Below, one piece after another: positions 40,858-51,337 of a DNA stretch of 64,000 nucleotides; the first letter of the stretch is position 1; the number at the start of each line of letters is the position of its first letter. The stretch is from an uncultured virus (IMG/VR IMGVR_UViG_3300036766_000780) (Duplodnaviria > Heunggongvirae > Uroviricota > Caudoviricetes): IMG/VR virus record IMGVR_UViG_3300036766_000780; one strand, written 5' to 3'. The position numbers and the translations under genes are program-made. The notes under the pieces were generated by a model. That model did not search any database and had not been told where the DNA came from. It was given only the letters and a program-made list of their open reading frames with translations.

Positions 40858-43800
40858 ATGTCAGGAATAAGTAGGTTTGGTGGTCCAATAAAAGTTCCAA
40901 GTTTATCTTCTCCCCCCGGGAGTCCAGAAAATGGATTCATATATTATGACACTACCCTAGGTCAGTTCCAACAATACGGAGCTTCTGGATGGGTCGCACC
41001 CGTTGATACCGGATCTCTTTCCGCATCTACGGGAGCTGCTACTATTGGTATAGCAGATTCTGGAAGTATATATACTACAACTAATGTTGAAGATGCATTA
41101 CAAGAAGTTAAAGTTGAAGCTGATTTTACTCAATCTACAAAAGTTACAGGACCTTCTTCTTCTACAGATAATGCTATTACTCGTTTCGACACTACCACAG
41201 GAAAATTAGTTCAAAATTCTTTAGCATCTATTGATGATTCTGGAAATATTGTTGCTACAAATTTATCAGGAACAAACACTGGTGATGTTACATTAACCGC
41301 AGTTGGAGCTTCTCCAAATGCCGATGGAGCTTCTTTATCAGGACAAGCTTTAACGTTACAACCAGCATCAACTTCATTTCCAGGCGTAATGTCTGCTGCT
41401 GATAAAATAAAAATTAATCAAGCAATTTTAGCTGACGGTACTGTGTCAATGGCTGCTGATCAATCAATGGGTTCTCATAATTTAACGAACGTCGCAGATC
41501 CTACTTCTGCTCAACATGCAGCAACTAAAGCATATGTAGATGCTGTGGCTCAAGGCTTGAAACCAAAACAAGCAGTAAGAGTTGGAACTACAGTTAATGT
41601 TAGTTTAGCTACTGATTTAGAAAATGGCGATGTTATTGATGGAATCACATTGGTTACTGGTGATAGGGTTTTAGTTAAAAATCAAAGCACTACTTCTCAA
41701 AATGGTATTTATATTGTTCCAGTTTCTGGTGCAGCTAGCAGATCAACAGATTTTGATTCTCTTTCTCCAATTGATGAAATAAATGGAGCATATACTTTTA
41801 TACAAGAAGGGACACAGGCTGGACAAGGTTGGGTTCAACAAGGAACTGTTGCAATAATTGGAACAGATCCTATAGTATTTGTATATTTTAATTCTGTTGC
41901 TGGTATAATTGGTGGAGACATGATAACGGTAACTGGTTCAACTATATCGGTTGATCTTGCTACTGTATCTGGTTTAGAATCCTCAAATCCAGGAAATTCT
42001 GCTGGACAGCTTAGAAATAAATTAGAAGCCTCTAATCCAACTTTACAAATTGATGGATCTAATCAATTAGGTGTAAAACTAGATGGTTCTAGAGCAATAA
42101 CTACTGGTGCTAGTGGTATTGGCATAAATGTAGATAATAGTACTATTGAAATTTCGTCTAATGCTACAAGATTAAAAGACGCAGGTGTAACTAATGCTAA
42201 ATTAGCAAATATGGCAGATAATACAGTCAAGGCTAATAAATCTGGTGGTTCCGCAGTTCCAAGTGATTTGGCTCTTAGTGATGTAACTGAAACTGGCAGT
42301 AGTATACTTACAATTAGTAATGCTTCAAAAAGTGTTGTTAGTACTTCTAATTTAACAATTCAAGCTAATTTAACTAGTGCTCATTTATATGTAGGAAATG
42401 TTTCAAATGTTCCTGTTGATGTAGCCGCTTCTGGAGATGTTACTCTAGCTAACACCGGCGCTTTTACTGTAGCAACTGTTGGAACTTCAAGTGCCGCTAA
42501 TATTAATAGTTCAGAATTATTAGCAAACGCAGCTACTTCATTATCTACCGCTAGTGCAATCGCCAGAAGAGATGCAAATAAAAACTTTCAAACAAATATG
42601 GTAGAACAGGGAGTTGCGACTACCGTTACAGCCGCAGGAATAACTACATTCATAGTTTCTAGTGAACCTAACCAACAATTTACAGGAACAAGTACTCAAA
42701 CTGTTAATTTGCCAGACGCAACGACGTTAAACAACGGACATTATTTTAGAATATTAAATAGATCTACTGGATCTGTAACTGTAAAAGATGGATCTGGATC
42801 TACTTTATCAACAATAACTGGTGGATCTGACCAAGAATTTACATTAATAAGCAATGCAACTATAGCAGGTAATTGGGATTTAAGTTCAGCTAGTGGAACA
42901 GCTATTACATCTTTAACTGGTGACGTAACAGCTACTGGACCAGGAGCTGCTTCCGCTACAATCGCTTCTCATGCAGTTTCAAACACAAAATTTAGACAAA
43001 GTGCCTCTTTAAGTGTAGTTGCTAATGCTACAAATGCTACCGCTGATGTTGCTGATTTATCTGCCGCCTCTGATTTTCAAATATTAAGACGTGGTGGTAC
43101 GGCTTTAGCCTTTGGATCTGTTGATCTTTCTCAATCTGGAGCCGTTGGATCTTCTATTTTAGGTGTTGCTAATGGCGGAACTGGAGCAGCGACTCTAACT
43201 CTAAATAATGTGATTTTAGGAAATGGAACTTCTGCCGTTCAATTTGTTGCTCCAGGAACTTCTGGAAATGTTCTTACTTCAAATGGTACAACTTGGGCAA
43301 GTGCAGCGGCAACAGGCGGAACAGGAACTTCAGGTATACAGAATTTCTACACTCAAGGGGATGCAGAAACTGGAGTTGCAGGGGATTTAAACACAGGAAA
43401 TAACGCAACTTTTGATAATGCTGGTTCATTAGGCGGAACCTTTACTATCTCAACTACCGCTGGAGATTTAATAGATGGAACTAAAACTTTTAAATTAGTT
43501 GGCTCTGCGACTGCTGGAAACAATACAAATGATTTTGTTGCTTCTCAATTAATTCCAATTCCACAAGGATACAGAGGGAGAACCTTAGGGTTAAGACTTC
43601 AGTATCGTTGGGATGGCACATCAGGAAACGCAAAAATAGTAGTAAAAGATGCTACTAATACGGTAATTCTTACTTTTGGAACTGAAACTTTAAATCAATA
43701 TATTGATGCTACAAATAAAACAGCAGGTACTTTTTATTTAACTTTCTTTTGTCCAGCTAGTTGTGCGAATGTAAGAGTTGGTCCGCAAATCATAACTGGT

Positions 43801-45207
43801 GAGGTTTCTAAAACTTTAACTTGGGATGACGTAATAGTAAGTCCAGAATTAATTGCAACAATGCCAATTAGTCAAGATACAGGATGGACATCATATACAC
43901 CTACTTTTACTGGTTTCGGAACTGTTACTTCTTCGGAAGCATTTTGGAGACGGGTTGGTACAAATATGGAAATTCGTGCTCGTTGGACAAACGGAACAAC
44001 TACTGCGGTAGAAGCACAAGTAACTTTACCAACAGGATACACATCTAATTCAAGCGCATCAATTGATAGTGTTGCTAGCGTAGTTGGTCATGCGCAAGAT
44101 AATCGCACGAATACTGCTTCTGATTATGTAGTTTTAATTGAACCAAGTAAGGCTTATGTGACATTTTCAGATTCTTCAAGTTCCACGACTGGTCTAACTA
44201 AGATGAATGGGAACATTACAATAACAGGCGTTGATGTTGCTTTTTATGCTTCTGTTCCAATAACTAATTGGTCGGTTTCTACTCCAGGATTCGTAACTTA
44301 TAATTCTGGGAATATGGTTAATACGGCATTAAGAGTAGACACTTCTAATGGTTACGGAAGTTCCTCAACTAAAATAAGACGTTTTACTAATATTAGAGAT
44401 AATTTAGGCTCTGCTGTAACATATACTGACAGCTCGACTCTTGGTGGAACTTTTACAATTAATATAAGTGGAATGTATTTTATTTCTTATAGCGATAATA
44501 CGACTTCAGCATCTAGTATCGGCATCACTAAAAATGATACTGAACTTACTACTAATCTTGAATCGAAATCTGTCACAAGTGAGATTCTTTGTATTGATAC
44601 TGGTGCCGCTGCGTTATCCGCAAACTGCTCTACCGCAGTTCAATTAAACACTGGAGACGTAATACGTGCCCATTCTGACGGGAATACCGGTGGAACTACA
44701 GGACTAGTGTCTTTCGAGATAGCATATCTAGGTATCCCTGGAATTTTAGGTGTCCCAAAAACTCAAGTGGCTTATTTAAGCGATGTTAAAGCTGCTAACA
44801 CCGCAGGAGGAACTTTTACTTCAGGATCTTGGCAAACTAGAGTTTTAAATACTACTAGTGGCGACACTTCATTTCTTACTTTAACTTCTAACCAATTTGT
44901 TTTACAACCTGGTACTTATCAGGTTTACGCGACGGCACCAGCACTTATAGTCAGTAGACACCAAGCTAAATTAAGGAATATAACTGATTCGACTGACGAC
45001 CTAATAGGATCAAGTGAGAATACAGCTACGGGAAACAATGCCAATACTATTTCCACTGTAAGAGGACAAATAGTGATTACAGTTCCCAAGACTTATGAAA
45101 TCCAGCATCAATGTTCATCAACAGCAGCAACAACAGGATTTGGTGCTGCGGCAAATTTTGGAGTATCTGAAGTCTATACGCAGGTAAAAATAGAGAAAGT
45201 AGCTTAA
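40858..45207 (+). CDS. tail fibre protein
   Basis: AATKAYVD, IDGITLVTGDRVLVKNQ..NGIY, LGVANGGTGA motifs. Confidence 0.8.
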   Translation: MSGISRFGGPIKVPSLSSPPGSPENGFIYYDTTLGQFQQYGASGWVAPVDTGSLSASTGAATIGIADSGSIYTTTNVEDALQEVKVEADFTQSTKVTGPSSSTDNAITRFDTTTGKLVQNSLASIDDSGNIVATNLSGTNTGDVTLTAVGASPNADGASLSGQALTLQPASTSFPGVMSAADKIKINQAILADGTVSMAADQSMGSHNLTNVADPTSAQHAATKAYVDAVAQGLKPKQAVRVGTTVNVSLATDLENGDVIDGITLVTGDRVLVKNQSTTSQNGIYIVPVSGAASRSTDFDSLSPIDEINGAYTFIQEGTQAGQGWVQQGTVAIIGTDPIVFVYFNSVAGIIGGDMITVTGSTISVDLATVSGLESSNPGNSAGQLRNKLEASNPTLQIDGSNQLGVKLDGSRAITTGASGIGINVDNSTIEISSNATRLKDAGVTNAKLANMADNTVKANKSGGSAVPSDLALSDVTETGSSILTISNASKSVVSTSNLTIQANLTSAHLYVGNVSNVPVDVAASGDVTLANTGAFTVATVGTSSAANINSSELLANAATSLSTASAIARRDANKNFQTNMVEQGVATTVTAAGITTFIVSSEPNQQFTGTSTQTVNLPDATTLNNGHYFRILNRSTGSVTVKDGSGSTLSTITGGSDQEFTLISNATIAGNWDLSSASGTAITSLTGDVTATGPGAASATIASHAVSNTKFRQSASLSVVANATNATADVADLSAASDFQILRRGGTALAFGSVDLSQSGAVGSSILGVANGGTGAATLTLNNVILGNGTSAVQFVAPGTSGNVLTSNGTTWASAAATGGTGTSGIQNFYTQGDAETGVAGDLNTGNNATFDNAGSLGGTFTISTTAGDLIDGTKTFKLVGSATAGNNTNDFVASQLIPIPQGYRGRTLGLRLQYRWDGTSGNAKIVVKDATNTVILTFGTETLNQYIDATNKTAGTFYLTFFCPASCANVRVGPQIITGEVSKTLTWDDVIVSPELIATMPISQDTGWTSYTPTFTGFGTVTSSEAFWRRVGTNMEIRARWTNGTTTAVEAQVTLPTGYTSNSSASIDSVASVVGHAQDNRTNTASDYVVLIEPSKAYVTFSDSSSSTTGLTKMNGNITITGVDVAFYASVPITNWSVSTPGFVTYNSGNMVNTALRVDTSNGYGSSSTKIRRFTNIRDNLGSAVTYTDSSTLGGTFTINISGMYFISYSDNTTSASSIGITKNDTELTTNLESKSVTSEILCIDTGAAALSANCSTAVQLNTGDVIRAHSDGNTGGTTGLVSFEIAYLGIPGILGVPKTQVAYLSDVKAANTAGGTFTSGSWQTRVLNTTSGDTSFLTLTSNQFVLQPGTYQVYATAPALIVSRHQAKLRNITDSTDDLIGSSENTATGNNANTISTVRGQIVITVPKTYEIQHQCSSTAATTGFGAAANFGVSEVYTQVKIEKVA

Positions 45208-45251
45208 TTAATAATAACTCTAAGTGGACTGTGGAAATAAAGAGGTAGTTT

Positions 45252-47303
45252 ATGTCAGACAATTTTCAAAAAATCTATAATGGATCAGCTTATTTTCCCA
45301 AAAGTACTGATCCCGTCAATCCTATTGATGGAGATATCTATTTTAGTGATGGTACAATTCGTCCTAAAGGTTTTTGGAATTTCAAAGATGGATCTTGGAA
45401 AAGATTGGGATCTAGCTCTGGTGAATTGAACTTTTACGAAAATGGTGATGCTGATAATGACGCATCTACATCTAATTTTTTTACAGGAAATAATGCTACT
45501 TTTGATAATGGAGGAGTTCTTGCTGGAACTTTTACTTTATCTTCATCTGCTCCTGATATTATTAACGGTCAAAAAGTATTCAGATATGATGAGTCTGCTA
45601 CTGCTATAAATAATACTAACGATTATATTGCTTCAGAATTAATAGATATTCCACAAGGATATCGAGGTCAATTACTTGCTTTTAAGGGTAAATATAAGAC
45701 CAACAAATCAGACGATTCTATAAGATTAGAATTAAAAGATAACACAAATAATATTATCTTATCTAAACCTTCGGATACTCTAAAACAATTTTTTAATGCA
45801 GATAATACTGCTAAAGGTTTTTCTTTAACTTTCTTTTGTCCTTATAATTGCTCTCAAATAAAGGTAGGAGTTCAAAACGTAACTGGTGAAGTAAGTAAAT
45901 ATTTAATTTTTGATGATTTAGTAGTTACTCCTAATTTTGCTATAAGTGCAAATTTGACTGATGATTATGATTGGATTCCATATACTCCGATTACTGTAGG
46001 TTTAGGTACATTGACAAATGTAGCTTTTTGGCATAAAAGAGTTGGGGATACAATGTTTATCCGAGGCAATGCGACTACCGGAATAGTATCTGCTACTTCT
46101 ATAAAAATATCCTTACCATCTGGTAATTTTTTAGATATTACAAAACTTACTTCAACTACCAGCGATGCCTTGGGTCATTTTATAAGAATGGCAACTGCTA
46201 CTCCGATATATCAATTCGATTATATAGCATTTTCAGATGGAACAGATACTTCAAATATTTTTATTTCAGCAGCATCGGCTTCCACTACTTCTCTTGCAAA
46301 AAGTAATGGAAATAATGCAATGGTTACTGGTGATTCTTTTTCTTTATTTTTAGAAATTCCAATTCAAGGTTGGTCCGCTACAGCTCCAGGATTTCTGGCA
46401 TACACAGAAAAAAATGCTATTGATAGCCAGTCTACGGCTACTAACGCAAACGGTTATGGATCTACAGCTACGGTTATTAGAAAATATTCAAATCAAACAA
46501 CCGTTGGATCTGCAATTCTTTATACAAGTAGTTCAGTGAATGGAGATTCATGGACAATTAAAGATAATGGAATATATCATATATCTGCCTCTGACGGAAC
46601 GGGAGCCTTAAACTTTGGTTTCACTATTAATCAAGTAACTCTTACTACTGGGATAAGCTCTCTACCAGTTAATCAAGTGTTAATAGAGGGTGGAGTCGGA
46701 ACTGGCGTTGAGGGAGTAGTTTCCTGGTGCGGGGGTTTAAGAGAAGGTGACATTATAAGATGTAACACTAATGGCGGAACTGGAACGTCTACTACTACCG
46801 CAAGATTTGTTATAACTAAAATAGGTGTTCCAGGATTACTAGGATTACCAAAAAATCAGACTGTTTATTTGAAAGACGTAAAATCTTCTGGAACTGATGG
46901 AGGAACGTTTACTTCAGGATCTTGGCAAACTAGAGTTTTAAATACGATAGAAGGTGACAGTACTATTGTATCTTTATCTTCTAACCAATTTACCCTTCAA
47001 CCAGGAAGATACGAATTTTACACTACTGCTCCAGCAGATAGGGTAAATAATCATAAAGCTAAATTGAGAAATATTACTGATTCGACTGATCAAATTATAG
47101 GATCTTCAGAAAGATCTCTTAATACAACTGGTCAAGTTAGTAACAAATCAGTAATAGAAGGTATTGTAGAAATAACTAGTCCTAAAATATTTGAAGTTCA
47201 ACATCAATGTCAAACAACTCAAACAGTTGTAGGATTCGGTGACGCATCAAGTTTTGGTGTGAGTGAAGTTTATACACAAGTTAAAATAACAAAGGTAGCA
47301 TAA
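45252..47303 (+). CDS. tail fibre/receptor-binding protein paralogous to the C-terminal part of 40858..45207
   Basis: shared GNNATFDN, IPQGYRG, NGYGS, GGTFTSGSWQTRVLNT, FGVSEVYTQVKI blocks. Confidence 0.75.
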   Translation: MSDNFQKIYNGSAYFPKSTDPVNPIDGDIYFSDGTIRPKGFWNFKDGSWKRLGSSSGELNFYENGDADNDASTSNFFTGNNATFDNGGVLAGTFTLSSSAPDIINGQKVFRYDESATAINNTNDYIASELIDIPQGYRGQLLAFKGKYKTNKSDDSIRLELKDNTNNIILSKPSDTLKQFFNADNTAKGFSLTFFCPYNCSQIKVGVQNVTGEVSKYLIFDDLVVTPNFAISANLTDDYDWIPYTPITVGLGTLTNVAFWHKRVGDTMFIRGNATTGIVSATSIKISLPSGNFLDITKLTSTTSDALGHFIRMATATPIYQFDYIAFSDGTDTSNIFISAASASTTSLAKSNGNNAMVTGDSFSLFLEIPIQGWSATAPGFLAYTEKNAIDSQSTATNANGYGSTATVIRKYSNQTTVGSAILYTSSSVNGDSWTIKDNGIYHISASDGTGALNFGFTINQVTLTTGISSLPVNQVLIEGGVGTGVEGVVSWCGGLREGDIIRCNTNGGTGTSTTTARFVITKIGVPGLLGLPKNQTVYLKDVKSSGTDGGTFTSGSWQTRVLNTIEGDSTIVSLSSNQFTLQPGRYEFYTTAPADRVNNHKAKLRNITDSTDQIIGSSERSLNTTGQVSNKSVIEGIVEITSPKIFEVQHQCQTTQTVVGFGDASSFGVSEVYTQVKITKVA

Positions 47304-47304
47304 T

Positions 47305-47595
47305 ATGGACTGGAAAGCATTGATAGAAAAATTAAATAAAAATGGTATCCCCTTACCTATGGCAAGAGATCCTCGAACAGGTTTAGGATCTGTTTCGTTA
47401 ACCTTAGTTTGGATTTCATCTATTTATGTACAATTAGCTCTTGTAGGTAGAATAACTAATGCTTTAAAGGGAGTAGATATAGTAAATGCTCTTTATTGGT
47501 TCGGCATATGTGCCTCACTCTATTATGGTAGATCTCTTACTAAGAAAAAAGACGAACTGTCTATTTCTTCAGATTCACCTTCTGATCAGAAGTAA
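47305..47595 (+). CDS. small membrane protein, possible holin
   Basis: two hydrophobic segments and charged C-terminus at the end of the structural operon. Confidence 0.45.
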   Translation: MDWKALIEKLNKNGIPLPMARDPRTGLGSVSLTLVWISSIYVQLALVGRITNALKGVDIVNALYWFGICASLYYGRSLTKKKDELSISSDSPSDQK

Positions 47596-47751
47596 CCTTA
47601 GATTTTTCATATTCTGAAAATAGAATAGTTAATACAAAAGCATTAACTAAAACAGACGGAAGTCCTAAAAACATACCTATGTGCATATATGGTATTGATG
47701 AGGACATGAATCCAATTATAAAAATCATTCCGAATATTTTTACTTTGTTTA

Positions 47752-47919
47752 TCATAGACCTCTTCCTCTCATCATTTCGTTTGTTCTGTTAATTTGTTCT
47801 TGCCTATAAGACACATCTTGTAGACATTTATCTTTCTCAGATCCAACAAAATTGTCACATTGCATCTCTGTCATGGCAGCGCAACTTGTTAATAACAATA
47901 AAACTAATAATTTAATCAT
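47752..47919 (-). CDS. small lipoprotein (55 aa, not in the ORF track)
   Basis: MIKLLVLLLLTSC lipobox; AGGA RBS. Confidence 0.55.
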   Translation of the reverse strand: MIKLLVLLLLTSCAAMTEMQCDNFVGSEKDKCLQDVSYRQEQINRTNEMMRGRGL

Positions 47920-48568
47920 ATATTTCCTTATCCTAATATGCCAAGTTTAACTAATATAAAAAGTAATATTACAGATATAATATATCCTAACATTAAACTT
48001 TTAATTTTCATTCCAAGGTTTTTAATACAATAAACAACAGGGACAACTCCAACAAGAAAACTTATAAGAAATTTTAATATATTCATTGTTTGTTCGCTAT
48101 CGTCCATTAAAAAACTCCATTGTAACTAGATTTATCTTTTTTATCTTCAAATAACTCTTTAATTAATTCATATTCATCTTTACTTATTGGATTTGGATGA
48201 TCCACTACTAAATATTCTTTCCCAAAGTCTCCTGAATGAAAATTTCTATATATAGACACTCCTTCTGATTTTTTAACTCTTAATCTTATCATTTCTCCAG
48301 AATCAGACGTAAGATCAATATGTTTCTTTAAATCTTTTCCAGATTTAAGTTTTACTTTCTTCATTGTAATTCCATAGAAGATAATTTACCTTCTCCGTCA
48401 AACTTAAAAATAACACCATTCTCTGATCTAACTTCTGGGGTTATTTCTCCATCTGAATCTTCTTCATAGGTTACGTCATAATCAACGTCGGCATTTTCCA
48501 GCATCCTTTGTAGGTTTTCTAGATCATCCGCCGCAACTTCTGATGAATCGTCTGAATACTTTTTACCC

Positions 48569-49555
48569 TTACTCATTTTTAGCTCCTTTTATTTTTAATA
48601 TCCTATCAACCGTTTCTTTAACATTTTCGTAAGTTTGACCTATATTTAATCTTAAGAATTTACCCTCTATGCCTTCTAGCGTAGTATATTTTATTTTAGC
48701 TTTGTCAAAAAGCTTAAACATTTTTTCATCAGCCTTTATAGGATAAAACATACCTATCCTTGGAACCTTACTTTTTAGTACAGATTCTAATTTTTTCATA
48801 TATTTTCTGTTTTTGTTTAAAATATCTTTCCCGTGTTTCATAAAAGAGTCAAAATTTAAAAGTTTCAATATCGTTAATATTAATCTCTGGCTTGGAACAG
48901 ATACGGTACATGATTCATGCAAGACTTCGGATAAAAAATCCTGATAATCCTGATAACTATCCGTTGCGATCCAACCAATCCTAACTCCGGTTATTCCGAG
49001 TAGTTTACCATAAGATCCAACCATTACACTGTGTTTAGGAACTTTTTTTAAATTAGCATTATAGATCCTACTGTGATAGACAGAATCCCATATAGTTAGA
49101 TTGTAATTATCATTGTTTATCTGTTTACCTGTTGGGTTTCCAGGACTGTCAATTAAAGTTATATGATTTGATTTTTTAGGCTTTTTAATATCTTTTATTC
49201 TCCATAAATCTGCTTTTCTTATCATTTGATCGTAAAAAGTAAAACCCAACCTGTTAGTAAAAACACAATCACTACCGTGTCTATATTTCCAAGTTCTAAA
49301 TACTGTATTTATTGCACTCGTTGCGCCGTTTGTTATTATTACGTATCTATAATCTCTACCTGCAATTTTATGTATAATGTCGTGTGTTTTTTCTATTAAT
49401 TCGTCCATTCCTTGCATGGGAGCGTAATTCATTGTATCTAATCTATGATAATCTAAATCTAGATATTGATATCCTTTAACCTCATTATTAAGAAGTTCAG
49501 ATAGAAAATAAGGATTCCCCCATCCCATGTCTATTTCATTTTCAAACAATTTCAT
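48569..49555 (-). CDS. PLP-dependent fold-type I aminotransferase (alliinase/TAA-like)
   Basis: TNGATSAI, DSPGNPTG, DSVY, SYGKLLGITGVRIGW, RLNI. Confidence 0.85.
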   Translation of the reverse strand: MKLFENEIDMGWGNPYFLSELLNNEVKGYQYLDLDYHRLDTMNYAPMQGMDELIEKTHDIIHKIAGRDYRYVIITNGATSAINTVFRTWKYRHGSDCVFTNRLGFTFYDQMIRKADLWRIKDIKKPKKSNHITLIDSPGNPTGKQINNDNYNLTIWDSVYHSRIYNANLKKVPKHSVMVGSYGKLLGITGVRIGWIATDSYQDYQDFLSEVLHESCTVSVPSQRLILTILKLLNFDSFMKHGKDILNKNRKYMKKLESVLKSKVPRIGMFYPIKADEKMFKLFDKAKIKYTTLEGIEGKFLRLNIGQTYENVKETVDRILKIKGAKNE

Positions 49556-50111
49556 CTATTAGTCCAAGTTCTAAGGCTTCTTCTGGAGTTAAAATAGTAT
49601 CAAACCTTAACATATCTTTAATTTTTTTTCTGGTAAAATCTGGATGTTTTACTTTTATTTTTTCTAATAAAATATCTTCAAAAATAATCTCATCTTTTTC
49701 CCATTGTTTCATCCATTTCTTATTATTTTCAGGATGATCATCAGGTAATCCCATTACTCCAGTATGTATCATCAGGCGGCTGTTTCTGGACATCATCCTA
49801 TGGTCGGCAATTTGCAATATCCATGCTGCCATAGACTGTACCTGTCCTATAACCTTAACTGTAACGTGACTCTTACACAGTCTTATTGCTTCGTATATAC
49901 TCATTCCTTGATTACAATCTCCTCCGTTACTATTAAGGATAATCGTAAGAGGATCATTGTTTAAATTATCAAGTACGTGTAAATTTTTTATGATTTGTTC
50001 AGATAGCTCATGATCAATCGTTTCTCCTCCCATACTGATAGTACGAGTAGGAACATAAAGCCCATTATCCATGAAAACGTCTATATCGTTGTGATTTTTA
50101 CGTGTAGCCAT
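49542..50111 (-). CDS. clpP: ClpP-like protease subunit
   Basis: LNSNGG, QSMAA (Ser), MIH (His), LTPEEALELGLID. Confidence 0.85.
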   Translation of the reverse strand: MATRKNHNDIDVFMDNGLYVPTRTISMGGETIDHELSEQIIKNLHVLDNLNNDPLTIILNSNGGDCNQGMSIYEAIRLCKSHVTVKVIGQVQSMAAWILQIADHRMMSRNSRLMIHTGVMGLPDDHPENNKKWMKQWEKDEIIFEDILLEKIKVKHPDFTRKKIKDMLRFDTILTPEEALELGLIDEIV

Positions 50112-50992
50112 TATCTTATTTCCTTCATAACCTTTCTATGAGCACTCTTAAGTATATTTAACCACTCTTTTGTCTTAAAGTCAACATCCGGTTCAAAGAA
50201 AGGTTCTAAGTATCCTCTCATCTCTTCATAACTATAGCCAGCCTTAGCTAAAGAAAAGGCTATAGATGACCATTCATTGTTCCTACCTCTAGAAGGATCT
50301 ATACCTCTAGTGATCTTGTCCATAACCCATACAGGAATACTATCTATGTTTAAGCTGTAGATAGGTCTTTTCGCTCTCTCCATCATGTGTTTAAGAGTAG
50401 GGTTCTCCTCTGGATACTTGTTTAACCATTCAGACAGTTTATTATAGCTAACTCTTTGTTTTAATTCGATCATGGATTGTATCAATTCTCTACCATTTTT
50501 CCTCTTATTTCCAGGAAACCTTATAGATCTAGAGGGATTTTTAGTCACTTGATCTGCTTTTTTCATTATATTCAGTATCCACTCAGCTAAAACCCTATAA
50601 ATTTCTTCCGAGGGCATGTCTTGATCTAAGACTATCCCAAAATGCATGGATTTATTGCCAGAAAAAACACAAACAGAATATGGCATTTCCATTTCTTTTA
50701 CGTATTTAACTTGATCCTGTAGACTTTCTCCATCCATTTCGACTAAAAACGACCTAAAGGAGGTAACACTAACGTCATCCCTAAAGCCTTTTATTGGATT
50801 CAATGCTATTAGGTTTATATCGCCTTCAAGTATAACTCTATCCGATACCTTTGAACTTGGAGAAATTAGTTTGATCTCTCCTCCTATCTCAGATTGTTCA
50901 ATACTGTGATATCCATATTCACTATCGCTAACACAGATAGTCTCTCCAGGATTGAAGAATAGATTCAAAAACGATTTAGTCGTTTCTTTCAT
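50111..50992 (-). CDS. AEP/RepB-like DNA primase
   Basis: LVEMD, FSGNKSMH, KNPSRSIRFPG; C-terminal PriCT-like GRN..W. Confidence 0.7.
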   Translation of the reverse strand: MKETTKSFLNLFFNPGETICVSDSEYGYHSIEQSEIGGEIKLISPSSKVSDRVILEGDINLIALNPIKGFRDDVSVTSFRSFLVEMDGESLQDQVKYVKEMEMPYSVCVFSGNKSMHFGIVLDQDMPSEEIYRVLAEWILNIMKKADQVTKNPSRSIRFPGNKRKNGRELIQSMIELKQRVSYNKLSEWLNKYPEENPTLKHMMERAKRPIYSLNIDSIPVWVMDKITRGIDPSRGRNNEWSSIAFSLAKAGYSYEEMRGYLEPFFEPDVDFKTKEWLNILKSAHRKVMKEIR

Positions 50993-51337
50993 AAAGGAGT
51001 TTCTAAAATTAAATTATCCCTAAACGTTCTTTTAATTAAATCTTTAGTGCTTTTGTTTAATTCTATTTGAGTTACTTTTTTTATAGACTTAGCTACCATT
51101 ATTTTATGTCTTTCAGCAGCAGAAGTAAATTCTAAAGTATTTAACGAGGCTTCTCTAACTAAATCTAACTTAAAATAAAGCTTAAAGTGCAATTTAGTAA
51201 CCCTTATATATAGGTTATAATAAAAAACTACTTCTTGGAATTCAGTTACATTGACTTCTGCCATACGATTTAGAGAAAACTCTTGCGCCTTAGTTAACGT
51301 TTTTAAAATTATCTTTTTAAAGAATCCTACCGGTCTT

